A stretch of 63,658 nucleotides of DNA, the filler included, from Octopus bimaculoides (taxonomy: Eukaryota): NCBI RefSeq assembly GCF_001194135.2. It is 6 parts of 6 records of this genome, joined end to end, with 100 filler letters (N's around TTAATTAATTAA, not from the genome) between each part and the next. Parts side by side here need not be neighbours in the genome. Positions count along the whole stretch, not along the records: positions 54,206 to 63,658 come from NC_069007.1; 5 more parts are not named here. One strand, 5' to 3'. This document shows, in pieces, positions 62,903-63,658 of the stretch. Numbering within the stretch: position 1 is the stretch's first letter; the number at the start of each line of letters is the position of its first letter. The notes beneath the pieces were generated by a model. The model was not told where the DNA came from and searched no databases. It saw nothing but the letters and a program-made list of their open reading frames with translations. The translations under genes were made by a program, and so were the position numbers.

Positions 62903-63603
62903 GAGGGGGTGCTGAAAAGTTCCTGGCTTTAAGAGTATCGCAAATGACCTGATTGGAGGCACAACCTTCCGAGCTCTTTTACAGAGTAAAACTGAAGGAC
63001 CACTGCAATAATTGTGTGAATCTGAGAGGGGAACATGTTGAATAAAACTATAATTAACTGATCCTCATGTATTTTCTTTTACCCAAAGCCAGGAATTTTC
63101 CAATGCCCTGCCGTATATATATTTGTTTCAGTTACCTAAAAGAATTAGTCTTTAAGATTAAGAAGCTAGAATGCGATTTCAATCAGTTTGATAGACAGAA
63201 ACTACAGGATGAGATTTAGCATTGGTTTTCTAATGGAAATATATTTCTCGAGAGCACTGTATTTAAAAGACAGACAACTAACAGCAACATATACAACAAA
63301 CAAAGCGAAGAAAGACGGAGAGAGGAAAGCAGAATATATTTACAAATGACACACAAAGAGTGAAATCTTATAAACCTATAGAAAAAAGCCAAAATAATTA
63401 GAAGGAAGATATAAAAAGAAAAATGGGACTTTTCAGTGTTATGACAGAAGTATAATGTTAAGGTTAAAAATAATTACTGTAAAAATATTGTTAGAGAGAG
63501 GACTTGTTATTTGGTAGTCTGAGAAGAGTTACATGGCTTCATGACATTTACTTGAAAGAATCAAAGAGGAATTGTCAACACATTACTCTGTGTGAGTGAG
63601 TGA

Positions 63604-63658
<55 letters not shown>

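Overview
AT-rich animal genomic DNA, saturated with microsatellites and broken by many N gaps. Its repeat content (CORE-type tRNA SINEs, RTE LINE tails ending in (GAT)n, mariner MITEs) points to an octopod cephalopod draft assembly; this is an inference. The only host gene I can support is the last three coding exons of alkylglycerol monooxygenase (AGMO/TMEM195) on the minus strand (4590-4706, 3518-3600, 769-976). They have canonical GT-AG sites, compatible phases and 135 aa that align by eye to the vertebrate AGMO C-terminus. The catalytic His-box exons are not visible. The rest is transposon debris (RTE, Penelope-like, R4/Dong, mariner DD34D, maT DD37D, hAT, Helitron, pogo/Tigger-like MITEs, several SINE families) plus simple repeats. 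Nearly all ORFs in the supplied track are microsatellite or gap artefacts. I found no rRNA, real tRNA or CRISPR, and no new multi-gene system. Best leads: (1) a foldable minimal type-I hammerhead ribozyme at 36253-36336, upstream of a Penelope-like ORF start; (2) a ~23 kb CpG-retaining block (31.2-54.1 kb) inside CpG-depleted DNA, bounded by assembly linkers; (3) nine same-orientation CORE-SINEs stacked in the last AGMO introns, often joined through (AAT)n tails; (4) combinatorial head/tail shuffling among SINEs; (5) a fold-back made of two mariner 5' halves. All homology calls come from by-eye motif recognition, not database searches. Repeat boundaries are approximate unless TIRs/TSDs are quoted.
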